Source: Azolla caroliniana
Lineage: Eukaryota; Plantae; Polypodiophyta
Direction of reading: 5' to 3'
Assembly (NCBI GenBank): GCA_043228905.1
Contig: JBHGNT010000002.1
Location: 5,084,001-5,148,000, forward strand
Length of the DNA stretch: 64,000 bases
Below are positions 25,593 to 38,487 of the stretch, in pieces; position 1 is the stretch's first letter; each line of letters starts with the position of its first letter. The translations under genes were made by a program, and so were the position numbers. The notes beneath the pieces were generated by a model. That model did not search any database. It was not told the origin of the DNA and saw only the letters and a program-made list of their open reading frames with translations.

Positions 25593-27578
25593 CTATAGCT
25601 TCTTCAACCTCATGGCCTCAATCTCAGCCACATCTTCTTGCATACCAGAGGCTCCATAAATGTTAGCCATAAGTGTGTAAGCCACGGCACAACGATCATC
25701 AAGTTGCATTAAATGATCAAAAGCCAATCTCCCAAGCTTCACATTTCCCCATCTTCGACAGGAGCTCAATAGAGCGATCCAAACTGGCGGGTAATCTTGA
25801 GTGGGCATCGAATTAATCACCGACATCACCTTCTCAAATTGCCCGGCACATCCAAATACAACCACCATGCAAGTATGATGCTCCAAATTTGGTGCTATTC
25901 CATACTTAGTCTTCATACAACCAAAGTACATTTCAGCCTCGTCTGATAGCCCTGAGTGTCTGCATGCATTGAGAATGCATAATAAGGAAACCGCATCTGG
26001 AGAAAGGCCATCTTCGCGTTGCATTCGCTGGAAATAGTTTAATGCTTCGTGACCCTGCCCATGTTGGGCATACCCCGAGATTAATGCTGACCAAGAGACA
26101 ACATTCCGAAGAGGAAGCTCTTCGAGTACTTGATATGCTTTCACCAGCACTCCACACCGAGCATACATGTCCACTAAAGAAGAAGCAAGAACCACATCCG
26201 TTTCCAATAGACTCCTACTCATAATCTCATCGTGGATTTCCTTGCCCATCTCAATAGCTCCCATACTTCCACAAGCCTTCAGGATGCAACTGAAGGTAAC
26301 CGCATCAGGCAAGAGGCCGTCATTCCGCATGCATTCAAAACAATAGATTGCCTCATGATTGTGCCCTTGTTGGGCATATCCAACTATAAGTGCTGACCAA
26401 GAAACCACATTTCTACTTGGAAGCCTTTCTAATACTTCTTGTGCTTTCGTGAGCATACCGCATTTTATGTACATATCAACCAAAGCAGACCCAACAACTA
26501 CATTGTTTTGTAGAAATCCAGCATTCACTATTTTTTCATGGACTTGTTTTCCTGTCTCAATAGATCCGGTTCCTCCACATGCCTTCAAGATGCAAGTAAA
26601 GGCAGTGGCATCCAGCACTAGACCCTCATGTTGCATTTGCTCATAACAGTTAAGTGCTTCATGGCCTTTGCTTTGTTGAACATATCCATCAATGAGCGCA
26701 GACCAAGAAACTACATCTCGGAAATAAAGTTTTTCAAGCACATTCCAGGATTTGTCAAGCATACCAAATTTTGCATACATGTCTATTAAAGCATTCCCTA
26801 CCACAGTGCTCTTTTCCAGAAAACCCCTCTTTGAAACCTCTTCATATATTCGCGAACCTTTCTCGATGGCTCCTAGCTCAGCACATGCTTTGAGGATAGA
26901 AGTAAAAGTGGCAGCATTTGGAGAGAGATCATCTTCAGTTTGCATCCGTTCAAAACAATCTAATGCTTCGTGGTAATGTCCAACCCTCACATAACCTGAA
27001 ATTAGGGCTGACCAAGACACCACATTTCTTGCATCAAGTTCATCATGGACTTGTTGAGCTTTTGTAATTTTATCACATTTTGCATACATATCGACCAGTG
27101 CAGTACCAAGCACGATGTTTCTCTTCAGCATACCCTTTCTCACGATATCTTCATGGATTTCTTTACCCTTATTGATGGCTTCAACCTTGCCACATGCCTT
27201 CAACATACATATGTACGTGACCGGGTCAGGAGAGAGACCCTCTCCTTGCATTTGTTCAAAAGAGTCAAATGCTCTATGAGGTTGACCATGTTCGACATAA
27301 CCTGAGATCAATGCATTCCAAGACACTGTTCTTCTCACATGAAGCAAATCGTGCACTTCGTGTGCTTTTGCTAGCTTTCCGCACTTGGCATACATGTTAA
27401 TCAAAGCACTTGCTACGTAAGGATTCTTTTGAAGTAAGCCATCATTCTTACTCTTCACAATGTCTTCATGTATTTGAGTTCCTTTGTGAAGGTCTTTCTT
27501 CTTTGAGCAATCCTTGAGTAAGGCTACAAGAGTGAAATCACTCTTTTTTGGATTCCATGGAGTGATGATACTCTTCAT
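25593..27578 (-). CDS. PLS-class pentatricopeptide repeat protein with E domain, no DYW (661 aa, intronless)
   Basis: Repeated P-L-S triplets (VSWSALISGY / FTSILKAC / GSALVDMYAKCG), then HHTCMVVVFGCAG, VWIALLSSCRRWGNVKLG and AYTLMANIY. Stop immediately after the E region. Confidence 0.95.
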   Translation of the reverse strand: MKSIITPWNPKKSDFTLVALLKDCSKKKDLHKGTQIHEDIVKSKNDGLLQKNPYVASALINMYAKCGKLAKAHEVHDLLHVRRTVSWNALISGYVEHGQPHRAFDSFEQMQGEGLSPDPVTYICMLKACGKVEAINKGKEIHEDIVRKGMLKRNIVLGTALVDMYAKCDKITKAQQVHDELDARNVVSWSALISGYVRVGHYHEALDCFERMQTEDDLSPNAATFTSILKACAELGAIEKGSRIYEEVSKRGFLEKSTVVGNALIDMYAKFGMLDKSWNVLEKLYFRDVVSWSALIDGYVQQSKGHEALNCYEQMQHEGLVLDATAFTCILKACGGTGSIETGKQVHEKIVNAGFLQNNVVVGSALVDMYIKCGMLTKAQEVLERLPSRNVVSWSALIVGYAQQGHNHEAIYCFECMRNDGLLPDAVTFSCILKACGSMGAIEMGKEIHDEIMSRSLLETDVVLASSLVDMYARCGVLVKAYQVLEELPLRNVVSWSALISGYAQHGQGHEALNYFQRMQREDGLSPDAVSLLCILNACRHSGLSDEAEMYFGCMKTKYGIAPNLEHHTCMVVVFGCAGQFEKVMSVINSMPTQDYPPVWIALLSSCRRWGNVKLGRLAFDHLMQLDDRCAVAYTLMANIYGASGMQEDVAEIEAMRLKKL

Positions 27579-27986
27579 TATAAAGGAACTATATTACAGA
27601 TGTGGCTCTTGCTTCTTCTCCTTCTTCTTCTTCTTCTTCTTCTTCTTTTCCATCAGACCCAATAAATTTATCAGGAGACCTGATATGCACAGCAATACAG
27701 AACAGATTTGGTTCATTCCACAGCGTAATCCTAAATTTGATAAGAAATCCAATTCACGTAACCATTACTTTGGATGTTAGGTTTTGTTTTTCTTATGGCA
27801 TACACCCCAATAACAAAACCAATGCAAACACAAAAGCAAATTTCGCTTTTATGAGCTTCTTCGATACCATACACATAAGAGGAACAGAGATTTGTTATAT
27901 TTCCACACTAACGTTCATCATAAAAACTCAAATCATAGGAACAGTATTTGAATGTGGTTTTTCTTTTGCTTTTGCTTTTGCTTTTT

Positions 27987-28300
27987 AATGACAGAAACCC
28001 TAATAGTAGATTCAACCACATAAACCCTAAACCCTAAACCAAACTAATGGCAGAAACCCTAATAGTAGATTCAACCACATAAACCCTAAACCACACTAAA
28101 TTGAATACACTTCCAAACCATCCTAGCCATTGGGCATGAAAGAAACCGATGCCTAGTATGTTCCAATTTAATGGCAGAAACCCTAATAGTAGATTCAACC
28201 ACATAAACCCTAAACACTAAACCATACTAAATTGAATACACTTCCAAACCATCCTACCCATTGGACATGAAAGAAACAGATGCCTAGTATGTTCCAATTC
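27987..28300. repeat. Tandemly duplicated modules containing telo-box AAACCCTAA upstream of the PPR gene
   Basis: AATGGCAGAAACCCTAATAGTAGATTCAACCACATAAACCCTAAAC occurs three times (~27987, 28046, 28170). A ~124-bp block is duplicated. Confidence 0.8.
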
Positions 28301-28399
28301 CACCGAACAAAAGAAACATATTCCTCTAAACAATGTTTCTGCTTCTTTTTTTTAATGCATCCTCCAATAATGGTAAAGCTCCAAACATAACTCTCCAAA

Positions 28400-30000
28400 T
28401 GAATACCTTAGTTCGTGGCATCAATCTAGAAATGAACACCAACCCGCCTTGATAACATGAAACCATCTGGTAATACATTATATACGCTTACGAAAACCCC
28501 ATATCTTTATAACCCTACCTTCCATCCACTTATGTTTGTCAATCAACTTGTGATAAGCATCACTTGCTAAGATCATAATCAATCTCTTATTTCCATCAAA
28601 CGTCCAATCGAGCTCTTCAGCTCCCCCATCTAACTCTGGATTTGGCTCATATGAAGATAATAATTCTTGCATCCTAAATACAAATTTAACCTTTTGGAAT
28701 GCCAAATGTTGATCTTGTTGTTCGAAATACTCTTAATCTTCATTGTGACACCAACATAGGATCCTTGACTGTTACCAAACCCAACCTAGCCATCTGATTA
28801 AGTTGAAGGTTAAGAAATTGGTTTATCTTCCCACCCCAACAACCTTGATGTCGCCAAAACCTCCATTTCTAACGAGCTGACATGTCCTTTTTCTTGTGGA
28901 GGATGTCATTGCACAAAATCTAACATACATTGCCAAGAGACCAACAAATGATTAACCAATCGGAGACCATGCACATTAGAAATCCCTTTTAGAATTAATG
29001 ACATTCCACCAATTAGCTTCAATCGTCATGCTTCCAAGCTTAATTCATGTCTTCTCTATAAATTATGTCACCATTTTTGTCCAAGGTTGCACACCCTCAA
29101 ACATAAATCGAATGAAAGTAAATTGACGAGCCACCATACCACATACTCATATAAATTCAATATTGATGCCCCACCAAAACACTTCATAGTACAAACATGA
29201 TCTCATGCCAACCACTACAAGGCACTTTTCCTATGTATTTTCCATAACAATATCCATACTGAACACTCTCTCTCTATTCGCTTTCACATGAATCACGTGA
29301 AATGTAATGTTTTTGGTCTCATAGGTCATATTTGACCTCCGAAGACGATAATATATCTATCTAGCTATCTCTCTCCACACACACACACACACGAAAACAA
29401 ATATTGAGAATATATGTGTGAATTAAAACTATGTTGGGAACAATCGAGGAAACTAATTCCTATTAAGGGAAGGAGAAAGTATGCAAGTTTCTCTCTATCT
29501 TAAGATCTCATGTATAACCTACCTTGCCGATACACCTTGATGATGTTGTGATAAATAAAAAAACTCCACATAAGGTTGCTTAAAGTCAACCTAGTAAGCA
29601 CATGACTAACACTTGCTTGAGTGGAGATACATTGTCTATAATGTACCGTAATAACCACACACTCAATTATATTTGCCTTCGCTGCACCTTTACACATATT
29701 CATACAAGGGTTCACTGCCTAAGGCAATATGCGCTCACTACTTGCCCTTCAAAAAGTAGTATGGTCATCATTTTGCAATTCCGATGCAACCCACAATCGG
29801 GTCATTGCATGACATTTAGGCATAATGGTTTTTCGATTTATAATGTTGTCATAACCACTTGGTTTATACATCCCTCTCGCACAAAATGTCCAACATATAA
29901 GGACTACATGAAACACCATACCATGAGTAGCATGGGTGGATTCATTGATGTCAATGCATGCTCAATATGAATTCGGTTGTCTAGATTCCAGGTAATGCTA
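28400..30000 (-). mobile_element. Decayed LINE fragments (L1-like 28400-29260; RTE RT-like 29480-30000)
   Basis: Minus-strand translations give fragmentary LINE-like peptides with many stops. Identification is by resemblance only. Confidence 0.45.
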
Positions 30001-30279
30001 GCATTATGATGTACCATGCGGAAATATGAGGAATCCACAAGACAAACAGGCTATACATGCATATGTATGCACGTAGATTACATACATACATACATACATA
30101 TATACGTACATGCATAAATACATACATACACACACTTTTTTTTTTTTTTTTTTTTTTCCCGGAAAATATCCTTCATTAGTTATGAACAATTATTACAATA
30201 AAGCCGACCTACCATCAAGCTACCATTGATATGTTGCATTCTTCCTTAGGTCCCATCTCTCAAGAATAAATAGTATACG

Positions 30280-30442
30280 TACATACATTACACATATACA
30301 TACATACATACATACATACATACATACATACATACAATAGGTACATTATACATACATTACATACATACATACATACATACATTACATACAATAGGCACAC
30401 ACATTACATACATACATACATTACATACAATAGGTACACACA

Positions 30443-30473
<31 letters not shown>

Positions 30474-30672
30474 CATACATACATACATACATACATACAA
30501 TACATACAATACATACATACAATACATACATACATACATACATACATACATACATACAATACATACAATACATACATACATACATACATACATACACACA
30601 TACAATACATACATACATTACATACAATACATACATACATACATACATACATACAATACATACATACATATA
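30280..30672. repeat. Compound (TACA)n microsatellite with TACAA interruptions
   Basis: ~390 bp of ATAC repeats directly visible. Shorter related tracts at 10480-10600 and 30050-30130. Confidence 0.95.
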
Positions 30673-32537
30673 TGATTACATACATAGTTAGATGAGATGG
30701 GCATACATAGTTATTATTCATTCAATCATTTCTTATACATATGGAGAAGGAGGAGGGCATGGCCATAGGAGAGAGGGGTATAAGTGCAATTTAGTAAAAC
30801 CCAAATATATATATATACATATTTCTCTTTCTTCTTCACCATGAACCAACGAACCCTCTCTCCCTCCCTCTTTACTCGCGAACTGATCCCATCCCGCCTT
30901 TCTTTTGACAAATTCTGTGTGTTTTTTGAACATGGAAGAAAGCCGCCTGCTTTTTATGACCAGGAATTTTCCTTTCTTAAGTGTCGATTTTACTCGCATC
31001 ATGCAATCCATGATCGATCTATGATTCTCTTCATCCCTCCCTCTATCCCCATTCTTTCATGGCATCAAATCATTCCTTTGCCATTGTAATTCTTTGACAG
31101 ACGGAGGAAGAGAGAAACATACAGGAAGCCATCCACCACTCAAATTTCCCAAACCTGAGGTATTTTTCTATCTTCTGTTTTCTTAATGCTGCCCACATTT
31201 CATTTCTATAGTTTAGATATTTAGGAAAACGTTGTTGTTTTTTTCTTCTTTCTTTCTTTTTATGAAGAAGGCTATTTTCTTTTGTATGTTTTGGATTCTT
31301 TAAAAGATAAAATTATTTTAACCATTTTCTCTATATAGCTTGGATTTTGATGAAGCAAAGTTTCTTTTTTGATGGATTCATGGTGAAGCTCGTTTCGTTT
31401 GTATGGTTTGGTTTTTTGATAAACCAAGACTACATTTATTGATTGCAATGTGTATTTTCTTTATATAGTTTGGATTTGACAGCAGGTTGTTTAACTTCAC
31501 TTGGACTTATAATAATGTAGGAGTATGCTATAAGAAAATTGAAATTCACATCTCTGTATAGGTTCTGGTGCATTGGGGTTTTTATGTTTCGGATTAGGTT
31601 TGTGCTCTTATAAAAAAAACAAAACCTACAATGTATAATTTGAAATGGATAAACAAAAATATTTTTTATGTGGGGTTTAAGTTAAGGTAAGGGGTATGTT
31701 AGGATAAACTCAAAACCCACAGCATATATTTAATGTTGATGTGCAATGGGTTGATTTTTTATGTCAAGGTTATCATTATGCTCTGAAGAAAAAAATCAAA
31801 ATCCACATATGTGTTTAATGTTGATATGCATTAAGTTTATTTTAAAGTAAGGTTCTGTGATTAGAAAAAAATAAACAATGTGATTAATATTGATGTGCGT
31901 TGAAAAAGCTGGTATGCTACATGTTGTGTTAGACAATGAAGTGAAGGCCAATTCAGTTGTTTTGATGCCAAATTTCACTCTTGAGTGTATGTATCAGATA
32001 GCCTATTTGGGTAGGAAAAGACAACTCTTTAGAGCTGCAATATTTTTCAGTGGAAGGAATCCCATTGTGCTGCAAATTGTTAGTTTTTCTTAACACTCCT
32101 CACATTTCACATTATGCCAGTGCCCATATGATAGTAAATGTGCATTCCCAATAGTGTTTGTAGAAGACGTTGGTTTTTGACATGGTCAGTAAATCCCTAA
32201 AATGGTGGGTAATCATAGCCATACTTGGACTCATGGTTTACTAACTCTTGGATGGGGTTGGCAAAAGTGGAATTTAACGCCCATGATATGCAGAGCATAT
32301 ATACATACAAACATAGTCGTATATGAAAAAGATCTATACTTAAGTGCATGGGAAATTTTAAATCTGTAAGGATAAAAAATACACCCTTTGGAATTTTTAA
32401 GAAAGCGCCTTGTTCATTTCATTTTTCTAGAATAGAAGCCATGAGTTCTTTCTATCAGGCAAGTGTAAGGATTTTTTTAATAAATTTTACCTTTTAACTT
32501 ACTTAGACACTACATGATTATTGACAGACTCAACAGC

Positions 32538-35500
32538 ATGGAGTTCAGTGATACATACAAATATACTGGACCTTGTGCTTTCTCACATGATGCCCGGCTA
32601 CTTGCAGTTGCAGCAGAGTATCGACTTGTCATTCGTGATGTAGAATCACTCAAGGTTTGTTCTTGTGTCATATTTATCTCTTTTTTTGTTTTTGTTTTGG
32701 TCGTAGAATCTTTATGATTAAAATAAGTCCTTGCCTATCAATAACAATTTTTTTCCATATAGCTATAAATCAGCTCTAGAAGCTTTATGACCAAATTAAG
32801 TTCACAACTGTTTGTAACAAACTTTTTGAAACACATGTCAACTGTAACTAGCTCTAAGAAATAATAGGCATCATAAAATATTGGTTTTTTTGTAGGTTGT
32901 ACAGCTATATTCTTGTCTAGACAAGATAGCTTATGTCGAGTGGGCGCCTGATTCAGAATACATCCTTTGTGGTCTTTATAAGCGTGCAATTGTACAAGTG
33001 TGGTCCATATCAAAGTCAGATTGGACATGCAAAATTGATGAAGGAGTTGCAGGAATTTCTCATGCTCGATGGAGCCCCGACAGTCGCCATATCATCACAA
33101 CATCAGATTTCCAGCTTCGTCTTACTGTATGGTCGTTGGTTAACACTGCTTGTGTTCATGTACAATGGCCAAAGCATGCTTCCAAGGGTGTCTCTTTTAC
33201 TAAAGATGGGAAATTTGCCGCGATTGCCACTAGGAAAGATTGCAAGGATTATGTAAATCTCCTGGCTTGCCATTCATGGGAGATCATGGGCACATTTGCA
33301 GTGGATACTATTGAACTTTCAGATCTTGAATGGTGCCCTAATGATGGTACTATTGTTGCTTGGGACTGTCCTCTTGAATACAAGGTATGAAATATTGTTT
33401 CGAATTGTAGTGCTTCTTGTTTGATTTTGTATAAGTCTCTTAATGAGACAATGCACAACTTTCTTTGATGGACCAGCTGTATGGGCATTTTCTCAGAGCC
33501 TCTTTTGAAGATTTTGCTCTAGAAATACCACTCTTATAATATATTTGTACAGTAAAATACCTCTATATGATGTACATTGTAGTCACATATATTAAAGGAC
33601 ATTGTTGCATATGAGGAACAAAAAGGCTTCAGGCATACTATAATGGATTCAAGTTTACTGATTCAGGCTCACATTTCCGTGAGATTTTAGTATTCTCTTT
33701 TTAAAGCAGGAACATTCTCTTTATATTTGACAAAAGGTTCGCTATAGAATGAGGAAGTCAAACCTTTATAAGAGAGGCAAGGAAATCCCTATAGTTTTAT
33801 CCTACACGAATTTACACCTCAAAATACAGTGAGGTGTTGACGTGAAAAATACTTAAATTTGGTCAATAAATTGTACTTTCCTTCAAGCTCAAAATTTACA
33901 AGATTCTATGTTCAAGACAGGTGCTACGGTCTCTATAAAATGTAAATAATGGCTATGGTCACTATGTAGAATATGCTAGTTGAATCCTTTCCTAAACGGA
34001 TGCTGCATAATACTCTCATTGACATATCATGCAATGGGATAGTTTCACTGACCTGTTATTTGCTAAATATTCAGGTATTATGCACATGAGTTATCACTCC
34101 TCTGTGACCTACACAACATATCTGTCATACATGGGTCCTTTATTCTGGAAGCCCATATATCACCCACAGTAAATGGAAGCCAAACAACTTGCTTATACTG
34201 CCAAATCTGGCTCATAACTCTGAAAAATAGGGTTTTTATGATAAAATGCATTCTAGATAATGTAGTCACTGTGGATGACGCTGTGATGTTGTTGATTCTA
34301 GTTTGGATCATAGGAGTAGAGGTGGCCACTTTTCCACTTATAGCATACAGATCAGTTGGCTACATTGCATGTTGACTTTTTATTTACCGAGGTAAACTTC
34401 TGTGGGAAGATGTGCACAAGCTACACGTCAAATGTATTTATGTTGCTTTTGAGAATAAGAGCAATGATTATAAAAATTGCACAAGCAAGGTTTTTATTCT
34501 GAGCTCATGAGTTTATAACAATACAGATTATTATTACCGTCACAATCCTGTTGCCCTTGAGTTTGTTTCATCAATTGATTGTCTAGCAAACGTAATTGAT
34601 ATTATACTTGGATCTAGGGATGAGGATATTTCAAGTTCCTTTTTGTTGGGCAACTAGATTCGTGAATATTTGAATGGAATGAGCATTAAGCCTTGGAAGG
34701 GATATTTTCATGGATGGTATTCCACTTATCAAGAACCTGAAAATTTGAATCGTGGGTATTAATTGATGGAATGGTATCTTATTTATTCTTACCAATAACC
34801 TGCAACTTTAAAGTGTGGTTCTGAAGTGAAACTTGTCAATAAAATGAGTTAACATCTTGACTAACATGAAGGAAAGATGTATAGGTTCTTATATATTCTC
34901 CAGATGGGCGCTGTTTATTCAAATACCAAGCATATGAAAGTGGGCTCGGTGTCAAATCAGTTTCATGGTCTCCATGTGGTCAATTCCTGAGTATTGGGAG
35001 CTATGATCAAAGTGTGCGTGTTTTAAACCAGCTAACATGGAAAGTGGTAGCAGAGTTTACTCACCCAAATGTAGCAAGAAACCCTGCCACTGCAGTTGTG
35101 TTCAAGGTAACAAAAAATGAAATGAGTATAGGGAGACGAATGCTATGATGGAGATGGTTAATTCTTTTTTTAAAATTTTTAATGTATAAAAGCTGTTTTT
35201 TGCTCCAGGAAATTGAAGAAGCGCCCTCAGAGTTAGATATGTCTTCACTTTGTGTTGATGAGGATGATATGCAAAATATGATTCAAAATGGAGCTGGTAA
35301 TGTTGTGGCAGCGTGGTTATTCAATATATATGCATTTATTTGTCGTCTTAAGTAAAAGTGCTTATTATTTTATGCATGTGCACAATTCATTTGTAGATAA
35401 TGGAGGTGATACACTTCCTACTGGGGTTCGCTATAAAGTAGTGGAACTTCCAGTCACACTGCCTTATCAGAAAGCCCCTGTCGATAAACCAAACCCCAAG

Positions 35501-36450
35501 CAAGGTGTTGGTAAGTAATTAACGATAACTATGCAGATTTTTATGTGCAAAAGATGATATTGTATTGAATTCTCTCAAATGTATTGCTGAGAAAAATATC
35601 GTTGTTTATACAGGATTGTAAACCTATATGGTAATTTTGTAAGATTTTATGCTTCCATACGTGTGTATTGGTACTACAGTTGTCGTTTGAAACATAGTCA
35701 ATAGAGAATGAAAATTGAAAACTTGCTCAATGTTTGGACCTGTTCAATGGGTGAAACTTACTGACTGTATGACTGAGGTCTCATGTTATATGGAAATTTA
35801 TATTTCCTTGCACGAAAGAATTAAAATCACCAGTTTTTGCTGTTTTTGCCTTGTTTCTTCTTTGTCTTTACTTTTCATTTTTTTATGTATATGTATATCT
35901 CTCTTCTTTATCCAAATTTCATACTGAAAAAATCGATTCATTGTTTCCTTTTGTCTACCAGCACAACCTATGAATGATATGGCCTTTTACAAGACTACTC
36001 AAAATGCCTTTTGTTCAATGAAAAGCAGGGCTAATATGATAATCACATATATGTTTAACAGGGCTCATGTCTTGGAGTGCTGACAGTAACTACATTCTAA
36101 CACGCAACGAAAATAGTCCATCGGTTCTCTGGATTTGGGATGTGTCAAGACTTGAACTCGCTGCTCTTTTGATCCACAAAGAACCAATTCGAGCAGCAGC
36201 ATGGGACCCTATTTACCCACGTGTTGCCCTTTGCACGGGCACCTCAAATCTATACATGTGGACACCTGCTGGCGCTTGTTGTGTCAAAGTCCCACTTCCT
36301 CAATTCTCAGTGCTGGACTTGAAGTGGAATTATGATGGGACCTCACTTCTCTTGAAGGATCGAGAAGCATTTTGTTGTACTTTTGTTCCAATGTTTGCTG
36401 ATTCCGATACAAACGGAACTCCGGAAGATGAAGTGTCAGAAGAGGAGTGA
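32538..36450 (+). CDS. WRAP73: WD40 protein WDR8/WRAP73, 472 aa; exons 32538-32654, 32896-33384, 34885-35106, 35209-35296, 35397-35510, 36062-36450
   Basis: MEFSDTYKYTGPCAFS...RLVIRD, WTCKIDEGVAGISHARWSPDSRHIITTSDFQLRLTVWSL, YQAYESGLGVKSVSWSP and KPNPKQGVG are diagnostic of WRAP73/WDR8. All introns are GT-AG and in frame (1419 nt). Confidence 0.95.
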
Positions 36451-38487
36451 AAAGATTCGAGTATTAGTCATAGAATGGAATGTCTTGTATTCTGAAGACT
36501 TTTGAAGAAGATTGAAAAAGAAAATATATATGAGTATGTTGTTTTTCAATATGAATGAAGATTGAAGATTGACACAAATATTGATACGAGGACAAGAGAG
36601 TCTTTTAATGCTAATACATATCTTAGTACGCTACCATCCAGGTTGGGTTTCTATTTTCTAGGATTTTGTATATATATATGTAAGACAATTTACCAAGGTG
36701 AGGAGTTCTTCTTTGAACATGTGCAAGGTTTTTTCCTAACTAATCCAAAATGCTACTATAGGTTGTTAGTTCTTTGTGGAAGAGTATCCTTGTGATTTTG
36801 CAGAGTATGTAGCCTTTGCGGTTTTATGTGACTTCATATGTTCTGTGACTTCATGTGCTGATTAAGGTAAATTGTTGCTTTGAAACTTGGAGCTTCTATA
36901 TGTCTACTTAATATTGCATTCACATTGCAAATGCTTTAAAGAGTGTGCCTTAATCATCACCTTAAGAGAATGTTAGATATTATCGTTGTCTGCAAATCAC
37001 AACCTTGAATGTACATGAACACAATTAGACAAGAAATTTTAACTTCAACAATATTAATTTACAAGAGGCAGTTGAGCAGAATAACTCTCAAGTTCAAATG
37101 GAACCACATGTTCCTTCAATTCACTTGATGTTGAAAAGGATACATATCTTTACCTAGGAGTTTATCACCAAGTAAAGCTTTGATCTCATATTGTTTGTGA
37201 TTATATTTGTCTGTATTCTAGTGTGATGCACTGTGAACATATCAAAATTTATGCCATTGCGAGATAAACAAGTGATGCACTGTGAACGTAGCAAGCTTTT
37301 ATGCCATTGCAATATGCAAGAATTCACATCATGTTAACTAACAATTATTGACTGTACAAAACTATACAAATGTATTTCAATAAAAAATCTTCAAATACAA
37401 GATTTGATCCTACGCAACGAGAAAATAATGTGAAGGTACAAATTGTAATTTACATGGATAATGATTTGACGTTCCCTCTGAGAAACATAAATGACTATCC
37501 AAATAATGCACGTTGTATACAGAAACAAACAATTACCAATTTCCACTATGAAGAGTATGACAAGCAAAACATAATCCTTGAATATCTATAGATATAGATA
37601 TTCTAGCCCTGGGTGAAAGAAAGATGATCGAATTGTATGTAAATCTAGCAAGAAATCTGAACCAAGATTTATCACACAATATTCACAGCAAAGCCATCCC
37701 TTCCAGTTTGTTATACAAACTAATAACCAAAAGCCACCCATTCCTGTTATTATAGTAACTAATTACCAAAACCGTCCCTTCTAACAATGTATCCTCCCAT
37801 AGAAAGCAAAAGACACCGCATAAATGCAAAAATATAGTATCAGCACCATTAACTTTTCAAATAAAAACACACAAAATAAAATACATATATATTAAAGATG
37901 GCATTCACAGTACACATCCTTGGCTTCAAGAAAGCTAAAGCCAAGTACACATACTATATTTACAAACTACGATTAATAAGGGCTGGACAATTGCATCAGA
38001 AACCCATGTTTGTGAATCTCACGAAGCTAAGGCTTTTGCTTTATGTAAGTAAAAGTCATAGCCCATTTATAAACTCTTCATAGATAATCATCCTATGGTT
38101 GGAGATAAATCTCTTCGTATACAAGTCAAGGCCATAAATAAATCTCTTCTTATACAAGTTAAGGCCATAAGCTTTAGGTGAAGTAAATACATAGCAAAAT
38201 CTCTTCTTTGTACAAAAGAAACCATAAGCTTCTCAAATATAATTAACTGCACAAAGATAAAATCCTCTGTAAAACTCTTCTCTTTTGTACAAAGGCAGGG
38301 CATAGCCTAAAAGCAGCTTACAATAACTACAGTTTGTATAGGGCACTCTCACTGTACAACTCAGATCAGAGGTCTGCCGAGGCCACATAACAATGACAGC
38401 TCAGCTCACTGTACATTAGCGTTCGACATATAATCACGAAGAAGCAAGTTCCATGAGATATGTCAGACGGTCATTCATGATAAGAGA

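Noticed and set aside
30357-30721. MYVC-repeat ORFs
   Set aside because: Translation of the (TACA)n microsatellite.
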